A stretch of DNA of 64,000 bases from Octopus bimaculoides (GCF_001194135.2 NC_068999.1:23544704-23608703), one strand, 5' to 3'; shown: positions 1-12,628, counted from the stretch's first letter. The notes: generated by a model from the letters alone, not told the origin. Numbers and translations are program-made.

Positions 1-258
1 CGTGCTTTCACTTCACTACCGAGCGCAGCTCTGTGTGCCTTGTGTATGTGCTGTGGTTTGCTGTGATGCTCTTATGGTTACTGTATTAAAAGTGTTTTGC
101 GTAGGATGTGTGCAGTGCCCAGTAGTGCAATTTTCTGTATGTTATATATATTTATAAGTCCTGATGTTTTTGTTATGTATTTGTCTAAATATTTTTTTAT
201 TATACCTAAGGCACCTACTATGATAGGAATTGTTTCTGTTTTTAGATTCCACATTCAA
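1..258 (-). mobile_element. 3' end of an R4/Dong-like non-LTR retrotransposon (C-terminus after the restriction-like endonuclease, plus 3' UTR)
   Basis: Minus strand 254-78 reads MWNLKTETIPIIVGALGIIKKYLDKYITKTSGLINIYNIQKIALLGTAHILRKTLLIQ*. The PI(I/V)xGALG...IQKxxLLGTAHILRK pattern is typical of RLE-clade C-termini. The preceding codon is TGA, so the copy is inactivated. Cut by an N gap. Confidence 0.75.
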
Positions 259-890
259 NNNNNNNNNNNNNNNNNNNNNNNNNNNNNNNNNNNNNNNNNN
301 NNNNNNNNNNNNNNNNNNNNNNNNNNNNNNNNNNNNNNNNNNNNNNNNNNNNNNNNNNNNNNNNNNNNNNNNNNNNNNNNNNNNNNNNNNNNNNNNNNNN
401 NNNNNNNNNNNNNNNNNNNNNNNNNNNNNNNNNNNNNNNNNNNNNNNNNNNNNNNNNNNNNNNNNNNNNNNNNNNNNNNNNNNNNNNNNNNNNNNNNNNN
501 NNNNNNNNNNNNNNNNNNNNNNNNNNNNNNNNNNNNNNNNNNNNNNNNNNNNNNNNNNNNNNNNNNNNNNNNNNNNNNNNNNNNNNNNNNNNNNNNNNNN
601 NNNNNNNNNNNNNNNNNNNNNNNNNNNNNNNNNNNNNNNNNNNNNNNNNNNNNNNNNNNNNNNNNNNNNNNNNNNNNNNNNNNNNNNNNNNNNNNNNNNN
701 NNNNNNNNNNNNNNNNNNNNNNNNNNNNNNNNNNNNNNNNNNNNNNNNNNNNNNNNNNNNNNNNNNNNNNNNNNNNNNNNNNNNNNNNNNNNNNNNNNNN
801 NNNNNNNNNNNNNNNNNNNNNNNNNNNNNNNNNNNNNNNNNNNNNNNNNNNNNNNNNNNNNNNNNNNNNNNNNNNNNNNNNNNNNNNNNN

Positions 891-943
<53 letters not shown>
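891..943. repeat. (TTA)n microsatellite
   Basis: Perfect TTA run starting at the gap edge. Confidence 0.95.
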
Positions 944-945
<2 letters not shown>

Positions 946-1190
946 GGTAGCGAGCTGGCAGAATCGTTAGCACACCAAGCGAAATGCATAGCGGTATTTT
1001 GCCTGTTGCTACATTCTGAGTTCAAATTCCACCAAGGTTGACTTTACCTTTCATCCTTTCAGGGTCGATAAATTGAGTACCAGTGAAACACTGGGGTCGA
1101 TGTAATTGACTAGTCCCCTCCCCCCAAATTTCAGGCCTTGTGCCTATAGTAGAAAGGATTATTATTTATTATTATTATTAGTAGTAGTAG
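943..1190 (+). mobile_element. tRNA-derived SINE, family B
   Basis: Head GCGAGCTGGCAGAATCGTTAGC, B-box-like GAGTTCAAATTCC, body CTTTCATCCTTTCxGGGTCGATAAA, and (ATT)n/(AGT)n tail. At least 10 homologues in the window. Confidence 0.85.
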
Positions 1191-1770
1191 TAGTAGTAGG
1201 AGTAGTATCTCAAGATGAGGACAAATATCCGTCAATTGTAAATAATGTACATAATTACTCATATCTTAAATATAGAACTGTATTATCTCAGTTCAGTTAG
1301 GAAGCAATACTTCCAGGACCTGATGAAGTCGCTTAAAGGGATTAGATGTCTTTATTACATTTAGTAAGTGGAATACTTGCATTTTGGAATTATCAGACTC
1401 AGTTGGAAGTCTGCTTGTACCCATTTTACTTAGATAGTGTTATTAATCTATGAGATACCATTAGTATAATAAACAAAAGTAAAGTCAGTATTAAAAGCTA
1501 ACAAGAAAATAATTACATTGTGAAGAAAAAAAAACACTATTTATCAATAACTAGTATTATTTAGATTATTTCAGCCAGTAAGGGAAACAGCTCTAGGCAT
1601 GTTTTAGTCTTATTATTACCTCATAATTATAAAAATAGTGTTACTGAGATTTTTTGTTTCTTTTTAAACAATTCTATTTTCCTACACCAACCAGTGTGTA
1701 TTATTGAGTATTAATTGAAAGATTCTATCATCACTACTTCAGTAGAAACAGTAAATGTAATGCTTCACTG

Positions 1771-1831
<61 letters not shown>
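1771..1831. repeat. Compound (AAC)n(AAT)n microsatellite
   Basis: Read directly. Confidence 0.95.
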
Positions 1832-1834
<3 letters not shown>

Positions 1835-1888
1835 AATTATTGTGTACAGTACTCAGGTGCAATATAACTTATCAAAGGTGCAAGTATA

Positions 1889-2015
1889 CAGGGGGTCCAC
1901 AAAGTCTGGGTACATGGGGATTAACACATACTTTAAGAAATGATTGTTTCTTATATTTAATTGTTTATGTTATGATTTTATTTACTCTGTGTACCCAGAC
2001 CTTGTGGATACCCTG
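1889..2015. mobile_element. 127-bp Tc1/mariner-type MITE
   Basis: TIRs CAGGGGGTCCACAAAGTCTGGGTACA and (rc) CAGGGTATCCACAAGGTCTGGGTACA; TA at 1887-1888 and 2016-2017. Confidence 0.8.
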
Positions 2016-2104
2016 TAGTACATAGAATTATGTACAAAAGTCAGAAAAGTAAACAGTGCATGATTCATGATATACATGCGTGCATGCGTATGGAGGTGGA
2101 GATA

Positions 2105-2420
2105 TTAAGTGTAGTGTTGGCGAATTTCAGAAAGCATGGAGGTTTCAGAGGATGCAATGTCTTGGCAGCTAACAACTGATGCAGGTAATTTGTTCCATGC
2201 TACAGCAACTCTGAGTGTGAAAAAATATTCCCGAAACTCATGGAAGCTGTGATGCTTTCTGACTTTGTAGGTATGCCCACATCCGTTAGACACATGGAAT
2301 TCAGAAAGGTGCTTAAGGTTGTTGCTGGCACGATGGTTAATAATATTGTGGGTGTTTAACAAGTCAGTTGCTAGACATCGGAGCTTCATAATAACATCAA
2401 AACATATTTTCCTTACTTGC
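2105..2420 (-). mobile_element. CR1/L2-type LINE ORF2 3' fragment
   Basis: ORF 2105-2428 contains GHTYKVRK...REYFFTLRVAVAWNKLPASVV, matching the CR1 C-terminal GHxxK...FFxxRVxxxWNxLP pattern. Confidence 0.8.
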
Positions 2421-2879
2421 AGAAACAAATAAAATATTATTTGTTATTGACTACCCTCATCACATAATTATTTCTAATTAACTGTTTAATCCTTCTTTCA
2501 TGAGATATTTTACCACTAACTTTATATGATTTGTTTCTAAAGATAATTCCAAGGAGGAAATGAAAATATAAAATTGCCTATGAAAAATAGGTAGGTTAAT
2601 ATGTTTAAATGAATAAGTGACAATTTAAAAACAGTAAATGTGGAGTGGAAGACACCACAATAGTGAAGGTGTGTTGGCGGTAGAGTCATCCAGGAAGATC
2701 AATATTATGATATTGAGGTTATATTACTATATAAACACAACAAATTTAGATAAACAGCAATGCTGTCTTGTATATTACAGCCTTGGATCTATACTGATAA
2801 TAAAGCAACTGTGGACTTTGAAAAATTACAAAGTTACCAGAGATTATATTCAGATGTCGGTCCTTTAGGAATTTCTGGA

Positions 2880-3180
2880 AATGAATACAAGAAGACCTGT
2901 CCACCACAGCCGAATTGATGCCAGTGCTAGTGCCACATAAAAAGCACTTATGCTGGTGCCACATTAAAAGCACTGGTACTGGTACTACTTGAAAAGTACC
3001 CAGTACACTCTGTGGAGTGGTTGGTGTTAAAAAAGGCATCCAGTCAGAGAAATCAAGCCAGAACAGACAATGGAGCCTGATGTATCCCCTGGTCTTACTG
3101 GCTATGACCAAACTGCCCAATCCTTGCCAGCATGGAAAACAGATGTTAAATGATGATGATGATGATGATGATGATGACAA
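2880..3180 (+). mobile_element. Isolated RTE LINE 3' UTR copy with (GAT)n tail
   Basis: Contains GGTTGGTGTTAAAAAAGGCATCCAG and CCAGCATGGAAAACAGATGTTAAA(TGA)n. The same sequence follows RTE ORF ends at 8545-8995 and 20535-21090. Confidence 0.75.
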
Positions 3181-3607
3181 ACACAAGTCTATGAGGCTAC
3201 AAATGCTACAATGTTAACAGCTTTAACTGTCTGCTTGGAACTTTAATCTGTATTGAAGACTGCAGACACATGGATTGTTTTATGATGGAATGTCAACACC
3301 TCCTTCTCAAGGAATTTTGATGTACACCCCTTGATATTTTCATTGTACTAGTAAAAAATATAATGACAGTAGGCTGTATTAAGTTAATCTGAATTAAAAA
3401 AACAAAAGTGCACCTATATCGCAAAGACTACAAAATGTTGAACTATCAGTTGAAAAAAATGTCATATCACATCTAATTTAGCAATATTCCAGTCAATTCA
3501 GGTTGAGAATGGTATACTAATCTCTAAATAGTCACCCCAGATGCTTAATACTTCAGTGACAAGTCCCAAGACAACTGACAGTATGCCAGAGAAAAGGATG
3601 GCATAAT

Positions 3608-3806
3608 ATTGGTTTCAAGTTTTGGCATAAGGGAGAGGGTAAGTCAATTACATCGACCCCAGTGCTCAACTGATACTTATTTTATCAACCTTGAAAAGAT
3701 GAAAGGCAAAATCAACCTTGACAGGATTTGAACTCAGATTGCAAGGACAGATGAAATGCCACTAAGCATTTTGACCAACAAGCTAATGATTCTGCTAGCT
3801 GCCTTA
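3608..3806 (-). mobile_element. SINE family B, CpG-decayed copy
   Basis: Reverse complement of the family B head and body (AAGATGAAAGGCAAA, ATTTGAACTCAG). Confidence 0.8.
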
Positions 3807-3985
3807 AAAGAATGACATAATATTATTGAAATGTTGTGCTTGAGAAAGTGCTTCTATTCCAACACATTAACTAAATATATTTATGCAACAATATATGTAA
3901 ACAAATATTTTGTTTTTGGAAGTGTCAAATATGTATCATATCATACAGACAAGAAAATAGTATTTCAAACGTAGACTAGCCATAA

Positions 3986-4193
3986 AAACAACAGAAAGAT
4001 TGGATATTTTAACCTTATATGATGAAAAAAGTTGTCAGCAGACAATTTGATGGAGACCGTTGTCAGCAGGCAGTTTATCTTAATGGTAGAGTAATCAGCT
4101 GGTATCTAAGGGGTGTGAGTTCATCTCTCACGGCTGTCTGCTGACAACATTTCCCATCTTTTAATGGTAAAATACCCAACCTTTCTGCTGTTT
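3986..4193. mobile_element. MITE-like fold-back element
   Basis: 59-bp inverted arms at 3986-4044 and 4135-4193, 49/59 identical. Confidence 0.6.
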
Positions 4194-5429
4194 AAAACAT
4201 TACTTTGTATGATAAAATATACTTATGTTTACTATTCATGATAATATTAATTACTTTACATTATATTAGGCTAATATTTTGAAAAATCAATTATGAAGAA
4301 ATGTTACAAATTAGTATTATATTAATCCTATATGCATTTTGTTGCTAAAACTATTGTTGTTGTATTTGCTATTTTTATTAAACAGTCTAATAAGATTTGA
4401 CTAAGAACAACAATAGCCAATCAAACATTTGGTAGAAATCAACAGAACTAACCCATTGCTCTTGCATCAATTTGGTATGACCAACCCTATCTTGATTATT
4501 CTTTGATCATTTGAAAGTTTAGCTCCTATCCTCCTCCTCCTTTTTTTTCTTATAAAAAGAAATTTTTGTCATGATGTGATATCATTGACATGGAATGCAC
4601 TTTTTGTTTTCTTGTATAAAATAATGTAATTCATGAATTTAACAAACTATCTTTTTAGAAAATTACTAAGACAAAATACAAGACTAATACATCAGAACAG
4701 AAATAGCTCATCTTTCTCAGTATATTACTATTATATCCTTCATTTCACTTACGCTCAGAAATAGTAATCATTTTATTGATACTAAATAGATTGTTCTCAT
4801 TTTCTAAGCAGAATTCTTATATAAACTCATGAGAATTTACAATAATACATCATTGTTAATACAAGAAGATTTGCATAACATAACATGTCATTATAATAAG
4901 CTATTACTTAGTAATTATTAATTATATTCATAATAAGCATAAGAGAGGAACATGTTCAGGTTTGAACATGTTTAGGCAGCTTGTATGTGTGAATACATGA
5001 TATCCTACTTCTTTCCCACAATATTTAAATAGATTTTTTTTTTAATTCTTCATCATTATATTTAAGTCATTAAACTAAGATTAAATTACACCATGCTTCT
5101 GACATCAAGTTTTCAAAAGAATAACATTTCAAACATCCACTAATGGAGTAATGAAGCAAATTGGCATTCATGTTTTAAATGAATTTTATGTTCATACATG
5201 TAGTGGCATGTAGTTTTTGCAATCAATTCTATATTTACCATCCATTCAATTAAAGGATTCAGAATAATTGATCTTTGATGATAAACAAACAAGATCTGCT
5301 TCTTTCTATTTCATTTCTAATATATTTCAAACCTGTTTTTCCTCTCCTTGGAAATGATTATCTGGAATCCTTTTATCTGGATCATGTTAGATGATCACAA
5401 TATTACAAATATCAAAATAGATACCAGTA

Positions 5430-5650
5430 AAATATTGCTTTCAAATTTTGGCACAAAGCCAGCAATTTTAGGGGAGAGGATAAGTCAAAAACATTGACCC
5501 CAGTATTCAAGTGATACTTATTTTATTGATCCGAAAAAATAAAAGGCAAAGTTGACCTTGAGAGAAACTGAACTCAGAATGTAAAGGTGTAGGAAATGCT
5601 GTTAAGCATTTTGCCTGGCATGCTAATGATTCTGCCAGCTCACTACCTTG
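5430..5650 (-). mobile_element. SINE family B
   Basis: Reverse complement of the family B consensus. Confidence 0.8.
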
Positions 5651-6292
5651 TAGTGCCAGTAAAATATTGCATTCAATTTGAAGTCAGAATAAGACCAAAA
5701 GCAGGTCTGCATCTGTTTTTCATACTTGTCAGAACAACTTAAAGTAATACTTGTCGTTGGCTAATACCATATTTTCTATCACTGCATATTAATTTGTATT
5801 TAGTGTTTTAAGCTTTCATGCATTAAATATGTTCACATGAACTCCCTTCTTGTTTTTGATGTGGATTGTGTCCCTGAATTATTTAATATCTATGCTATTC
5901 TATTTTCATATTGCAATAAAAGGACAATCCTGTATATCTACTTTTTGTCATACATACATGCATATATACATACATGTGTGTGTGTGTGTGTGTATAAATA
6001 AATACATACAAATATATATATATAGAGGCAGAAAGAGATAGGCAAATGGTCATACAGTCAGACAGACAGAAAGAAAGAGTGAAAGTGGGAGGGAGGGAAA
6101 GGTATTGACAATATGGCTGAGAGAAAATACCGCAGGGGCATATGTTGTGCATACTAAATACAAATAAGTTAAGATTTTAAATATATAAAATACTGAGTTG
6201 AGAAATTCTGATCAACTAAGATTATCTGTGCAATTTGTAGACAAAGACGCCCTCTATAGGTGTTTAAAATCTTTAAAGAAAAAAAACATAAA

Positions 6293-6680
6293 TGCAGGTG
6301 TGGCAGTGTGATAAGAAGTTTGCTTCCCAACCATATGCTTCTGGGTTCAGACCCACTGCATTGCACCTTGGGCAAGTGTCTTCTATAGCCTCAGGCCAAC
6401 CAAAGCCTTGCGAGTGGATTTGATTGATGGAAACTGAAAGAAGTTCATCATTTATGTGTGTGTGTATGTGTATGTTTGTCCCCCACCATTGCTTGACAAC
6501 TAGTGCTGGTGTGTTCATGTCTCCATTACTTAGCAGTTAGGCAAGAGAGACTGATAGAATAAGTACCAGACTTAGAAAAAAAAAGTACTGGGGTTGATTC
6601 ATTTGGCTAAAAATTCCTCAAGGCAGTGCCCCAGCACGACCACAATCTAACGACGGAAACAAGTCAAAGATAAAAGATAA
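6293..6680 (+). mobile_element. tRNA-derived SINE, family A (full length)
   Basis: A-box-like GTGGCAGTGTGATAAG, B-box-like GGGTTCAGACCC, CCTTGGGCAAGTGTCTT block, internal (GT)n, 3' end near GACGGAAACAAGTCAAAG. About 15 homologues in the window. Confidence 0.85.
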
Positions 6681-7154
6681 TAGATTCACTTGACTGAAAC
6701 TATTTAGTGTTGATATTCATAACTGGCTCCAGTTCATTCTCTCTATTTGTATCTGTATATTGGTCATTGTTGGTTTTGCCAAAGGAGTAGAATGTGCTTT
6801 ACTGAGGTGACCTAACAGAAACAAAACATTGCTTTCATCATTTGGCTTGAACACCAACCAGATCTACTCCCATTCAATATTCTCCACAGACATCTCAAAA
6901 GTAAATAGACACCCTCTAATGCTGTTTTTATCTGTGCAAATGTTACTCGTTAGTAAAATGATCAAATGGGTTATGTCATTAAAAACTGCATGAGACATGT
7001 CTACTTAATACTAGATTAAGTATCTAAATGTATCAAATGACATAATTCTGTTTCTAGAAATAAATCTTTCAAAAACAAAGTGTCCATTTACTTTTGAAAA
7101 GTAAGTGTATATCTAGTATGTGCATTTGTGTATCTATCTTTCTTCACCTCTTAC

Positions 7155-7560
7155 TTTTTACTTGTTTCTGTCATTAGACTGTGGCCATGTTGGGGCACAG
7201 ACTTGAAGAATTTTAGTTGAACTGATCAACTCCAGTACTTATTTTATTATTTTCTTTTTTGTAAAGCCTAGCACTTTTCTATCAGTCTCTTTTGCCGAAC
7301 CACTAAGTTACAGGGATGTAAACACACTAACACTGGTTGTGAAGCAGTGGTGGGGAATAAGCACATATATGTAGATATATATATATATATTTACAATAGG
7401 ATTCTTTCAGTTTCTGTCTACCAAATCCACTCACAAGGCTATGGTCAGTACACAGCTATAGTAGAAGATACTTGCTCAAGGTGCCATGTAGTGGGACTGA
7501 ACCTGGCACCATGTGATTGGGAAGCAAACTTCTTATCACACAACCATGCTTGTGCCTATA
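7155..7560 (-). mobile_element. SINE family A (full length), inverted relative to 6293-6680
   Basis: Reverse complement of family A; followed by (TA)n at about 7560-7617. Confidence 0.85.
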
Positions 7561-7562
7561 TA

Positions 7563-7623
<61 letters not shown>

Positions 7624-7699
7624 CATCCTCATCATCCATTTTACATCTGTTTTTCCTTGCTTGCTTGGGTTGGAGATATCCTTTCCAGCACTTTTTATT

Positions 7700-8300
7700 G
7701 CATTCTTTCATCATCTTTTTTGTGAGGTTTTGATATCAGACTTTACTTCTGCCCATATCTTCCTTAATCCTCCTCTTCCACAATTTCCTTCTACTTGTAT
7801 ATCCTAGCACTTCTTTACCTATATGTTATCCTCTATATGCAATTTTCATTCTTGTACATTCCAATTGATTTTTTTTTTTATACCTGGTTTATCTCTAAGC
7901 TCATCTGTACAATGTCATCTATGCATATTAACATTACACATACAGCAAAACATGCTTGCTTCATTTTACTTCAAACTTCACACATTCTCATTCCACCCCT
8001 ATACAGCATTTCTCTTTGTACACAAGTAACATACTTGTTCTTACATATCAAAGAGAGAAACCTCTTGTTACTAGGAGAATAATACCTTTCTGATCTGTAT
8101 TTCCAGGCCCTTATTTGGGGTACTATGCTTTCAGAACACCCTCCTCTACGGCTGATTAAGTTGTCCAAGTAACAGAAGCTACCAACAGCTTTTGTAGAGC
8201 CTTCCAAGCATTGAAAGAGATTTATTTTATGAGTGCACTGACTAATAACTATTCCCGTACTAATAACTGTTCTACAACGTGCAAAGTCTTTATTCACCAT
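7700..8300 (-). mobile_element. RTE-clade LINE fragment (post-RT region)
   Basis: ORF 7971-8300 has VGSFCYLDNLISRRGGCSESIVPQIRAW...YVTCVQREMLYRG, matching the RTE F(C/V)YLG...RI..AW...LLYG pattern. Homologous to 38580-39060. Confidence 0.75.
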
Positions 8301-8544
8301 TAGCCTGCCTATATGAGTGAACTATGGGTGCACACCTCTGGTGCACCTATATTGCATACACTGTATGTAGTTCCTACCAACTGTTTTTTCTAAATATCAA
8401 ACACAGCCATTTCCTTGGTTGCAACAGAGTCCTATCTTCCTTTCTATTTACTAAAACTTTTCACTGAATTATGTGAAGGAAACCCGATCATCAATACTCA
8501 AGTTACAAAAGACACAAAGGCAATATATTGAGAAACATCACGGT

Positions 8545-8995
8545 GATGTTATCATCATCATTGTTTAACGTCTGCTTTCCATGCTGGTATGGGTTGGATG
8601 GTTTGACATGGAGCTGGCTAGCAGGGGGCTGTCTAGATACCAACTCTCTGTTGTGGCATTGTTTCTACAGCTGGATGCCCTTCCTAATGCCAACCACTTT
8701 ACACTGTGTACTGAGTGCATTTATGTCTGGCATGGGTACATTTATGCAGTACCGGCATGGATGCTTTTTAAGTGGCACCGGCACCTAAAAGGACAAACCT
8801 GTATATATGGAAAGCAGGGATTTTACTTAGCTTGACATATCAAGTACAGCAAATCGCCACATCTCCTGGTCCCTTGTCATTTCCTCAGTGAGGTCCCGCA
8901 TCTGAAGATTCTTTCTCACCAGTTTGTCCCCCATTCTCCTGAGTCTACCTCTTCCACAGGTATCCTCTACAATTAAAGCTCAGCACTTCTTCATG
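8545..8995 (-). mobile_element. RTE LINE 3' end: ORF terminus, 3' UTR and (GAT)n tail
   Basis: The rc of 8830-8990 reads ...DLTEEMTRDQEMWRFAVL...; it is followed by the 3' UTR ending in the (GAT)n tail near 8550. Confidence 0.75.
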
Positions 8996-9132
8996 CAGCG
9001 GCATTATAACTCAGTATGGCATACAAACCACCCTGGTCATCTTAATGTACCCTTGGTACACACCCTGTCATAAAGGTCATACCTTGCTAAATTAAGAAGT
9101 CAGGGATGAGAGAGAATGAGGCAATTCACCCA

Positions 9133-9179
<47 letters not shown>

Positions 9180-9407
9180 CTAAAGGTGGTACTCCAGCTT
9201 GGCTGCAGTCAAAATGAATAAAACGAGTAAAAGAATAAAAGAATATATACTTTTTATTAAAGCCAAAAAAATCTTCATAAATTGTTACTCAAAGTTTCAC
9301 ATTACTGTTCATTGGACAGTTGTGATGATCACAACTGTCCAATAAATGTTAACCTGTAGCTTTGATTAACAGTTTTGCATTTATGTACTCACTTGTGTGA
9401 GTATGTA

Positions 9408-9457
<50 letters not shown>

Positions 9458-9719
9458 GAAAAGTCTTTCTTGAGTCATTCGCTCGTGAGGCCAGTTTCCT
9501 GGATTCTGAGGTATATATATATCTATCCACCTGGACAGTATGCCAATCCTCACAGAATTACTCATTTTTGTCGGCTGAGTGGAATGAAATATTTTGCTCA
9601 AAAATACAATGCATCATCTGGCCCTGGAATCAAAACCACAATCTTATTAAGAGGATAGCAATGCCCTAACCACTAAGCCCTCCATAAGTATATGTGTGTG
9701 TGTGTGTGTGTGCATGATG

Positions 9720-10340
9720 TAGGCATAGCTGTTGTTAAACTCTTGGCTATACAAGAGAGAAAAGCTTAGCTGGAAGGCAAGAGGTAAGGATTGGTGGTTC
9801 TTTGGCCACTTCTGCTGATCTGCCAACAGGATGAGGCTCAAGAGAAAAACATCCAATTGTTCAACGCTAATGACTGCAGCTTCTTCTTGAAAATGCTACA
9901 CTTACGAAAGGTGAATGAAGCAGTCCTTGAGCTCTCAGGATCATTGACACATATGTATCAATGATCCTGAGAGCACTGCCAGTGTGTCAATGAGTCAATG
10001 ATCCTGAGAGCACTGCCAGTGTGTCAATGATCACATATGCCAATGATCCTGAGAGCTCTGCCAGTGAGCACAAACGCCTGGTAAGGTCTCCCATACTGAA
10101 CAGGTCAAAGGATAGAGGCCAGAAAAATAGGGACCATCTTTTCCCTGGAATAAAAATGGGTTTGCCTTCCAACAGCATCGATGACAACTCAAAACCAAAA
10201 AGAGCTGGGAGAGGATGACCAAACCTCAGGGAATCATATGAGGTGAGATACTAAGGCAGAGCAGAAAAAGCAGGGATCCATCTGGAAAGAAACAGACAGA
10301 CAGACAGCCTAAAACTGAGAACAGGGGCAAAAATGCTGTT
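9720..10340 (+). mobile_element. Decayed LINE 3' fragment (probably RTE-like)
   Basis: Ends in a KRAGRG*P remnant resembling the RGRP motif. A homologous copy lies inverted at 31850-32200. Internal 37-bp tandem duplication at 9958-10066. Confidence 0.5.
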
Positions 10341-10679
10341 GTTGGTTTATCTCCATGGGGAGCAAAGGGCTTCATAAGAAAGAATAATGAAAGGCAAAGT
10401 TGAGCTCAGCAGGATTTGAAATAGACTGTAAGAGGCTGTAACTAAATACTATAAGGCATTTTGTTCAAAGTGCAAACAATTTTGCCAGCCCATTGCTGTA
10501 CTTGATAGTATGACTGACAACTGCTTGAATTACCACCTGTCAATGCTATAGGGTAAAAGCAAGCAACTGCTAAGTCAGAACTAATGTAGTTTAAATTTTT
10601 AGTTATTCTTGTTTCAAGTTCAAATGAAATTCACAAAGGAATACTGCTTTCACATCAAGAATGGAGCTGGTGTGATACA

Positions 10680-11075
10680 TACATACATTCTGTTGTTGTT
10701 GGTACTCCGTCGCTTACAACGTCAAGGTTCCAGTTGATCGATCAATGGAACAGCCTTCTCGTGAAATTAGCGTGCAAGTGGCTGAGCACTCCACAGACAA
10801 GTGTACCCTTAATGTAGTTCTCGGGGATATTCAGCGTGACACAGTGTGACAAGGCTGACCCTTTGAATTACAGGCACAACAGAAACAGGAAGTGAGAGTG
10901 AGAGAAAGTTGTGGTGAAAGAGTACAGCAGGGTTCGCCACCATCCCCTGCTGGAGCCTCGTGGAGCTTTAGGTGTTTTCGCTCAATAAACACTCACCACG
11001 CCCGGTCTGGGAATCGAAACCGCGATTCTATGACCACGAGTCCGCTGCCCTAACCAGTGGGCCATTGCGCCTCCA
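10680..11075 (-). mobile_element. tRNA-derived SINE, family D (full length)
   Basis: The rc head GTGGAGGCGCAATGGCCCACTGGTTAGGGCAGCGGACTC...GGTTTCGATTCCCAGACC has A and B boxes. Homologues at 59615-59975 and 9470-9680. Confidence 0.85.
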
Positions 11076-12236
11076 CATCATACTTATATACATACATACA
11101 TACATTCTAGATCACACTGAAAAGAGAGCAAACCAACTGATAGTTGGAATCACTCACCTATATATTCTTCACCTTTCATCAAATGATCGGTAGACTTAAT
11201 CCATTGACTGATTTAACACAACCCTGAGTATCTCCAGTGTATTCCACCATGTTTCAAGCATCCTCCTTTGATTAATCCTAAAAAAATGACATGTTGTCCC
11301 AGCACTCTGCTTTTTCTACTCCTGAAATGGCTTCAGCACCTTGGAGCCTGCTAGGTGTGTATCTCCACCCACTCATACTCACAAGACACGCTCATCTCTC
11401 TTCCTCTCATCATGTATATTGTGACACCTCCCACGCTCTTCAGGTCTTGCACCAAACACTTGGTCTAATCCTTCTTTCTAAAAAGTCATCCTGCCAGAAC
11501 TTTCTCACTGCACATTTTTCCTGCAGTATTGACTTGTAGTTGTTCAAGAATTCAAAATAACCATTGATGACATCATTCTCAGGAGGAGAAAAAGTTTTCA
11601 TGAAGGGACATCCCTCCTCCTGAGCAAACCATTTAAAATAAAGTCTGTTTCAGTCATACTCTTTACCAAAACAATTAACATCAGGTAATCTAAATGTGAA
11701 GTATTAAATCTATGTAGTCAACAAGTGATGGCTTTGGAGAAGTATACCACTGTAGAACAGTTTAGTGATACTTCACTAAAGAATAGGTTCTAATACTGTA
11801 AATAATATGAAATACATTTTGGCATTGACTCAGCAGTAAATTAAGTAAGATATTACAGCATCCAGCCGTAGAAACCATGCCAAAGCAAACCTCACTGGTA
11901 CAGGTGCCATGTAAAAAGCACCCAGGACACATACATATGACGGGCTTCTTTCAGTTTCCGTCTATCAAATCCACTCACATGGTTTTGGACGGCCTGAGGC
12001 TATAGCAGAAAGCACTTGCCCAAGGGTGGGACTGAACCTGGAACTGTGTGGTTGGGAACAAGCGTCTTACCACACAGCCTATTATAGAGGAACTTCTTAA
12101 AATTAAGTCTTCAAAAGAACATTTGAAATATTGAAAGATTGATTAAACAGAAGTTTGTAAACTGAGTGCGTGACCTAGACTCAATGTTTTTGTAGTCATT
12201 TCACTACATCATTAATGACCCTGAAAATAGTTTTAC

Positions 12237-12278
12237 CCAATTTCATTTGTCCTGTTCAGTACGTGTATGGTTTTGTAG
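12237..12278 (-). CDS. Candidate 42-nt coding exon 2 of an unidentified gene
   Basis: Strong acceptor TTTCTTTTCCTTTTTCGTAG and donor GG|GTAAAA. Only the phase-2 frame is open (YKTIHVLNRTNEI), which matches the phase of 12629-12753. Confidence 0.3.
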
Positions 12279-12628
12279 CTACGAAAAAGGAAAAGAAATA
12301 TATTAATATGCATCCTCAATGATTAAGTCGACATTTCGTGAGGATGTTTTTCTCATTATGTATGGTATTTTACTTTTCGTTCTTTGATTTCTGAATTCAA
12401 GTTTGCCTTCCACCTTTTCGCAGGTCGTTAAAACCAATTACATATTTAGTACTTGTATCAATGGTATCAACTAACCCCAACTCCCCTAAAAAGTATTGAT
12501 TAGTCTTTTATTATCCTTTCTTCAGAATATCCCTTAAATGATTATATTTGAGTTAAGCGTTATCCTTTTGACAAGCAATGTTAATTTGAATGAAAGAGAA
12601 CGTGAGATGAGTGACAGTAAGGCATTAC

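Noticed and set aside
97-973. Long ORFs spanning N-runs (also at 16251-17295, 30071-30856, 35481-35935, 40686-41026 and 43963-44589)
   Set aside because: Artefacts of translating assembly gaps.
6293-6370. tRNA-like sequences with A/B boxes (many copies)
   Set aside because: They are SINE heads that continue into the SINE body; no complete cloverleaf could be supported.
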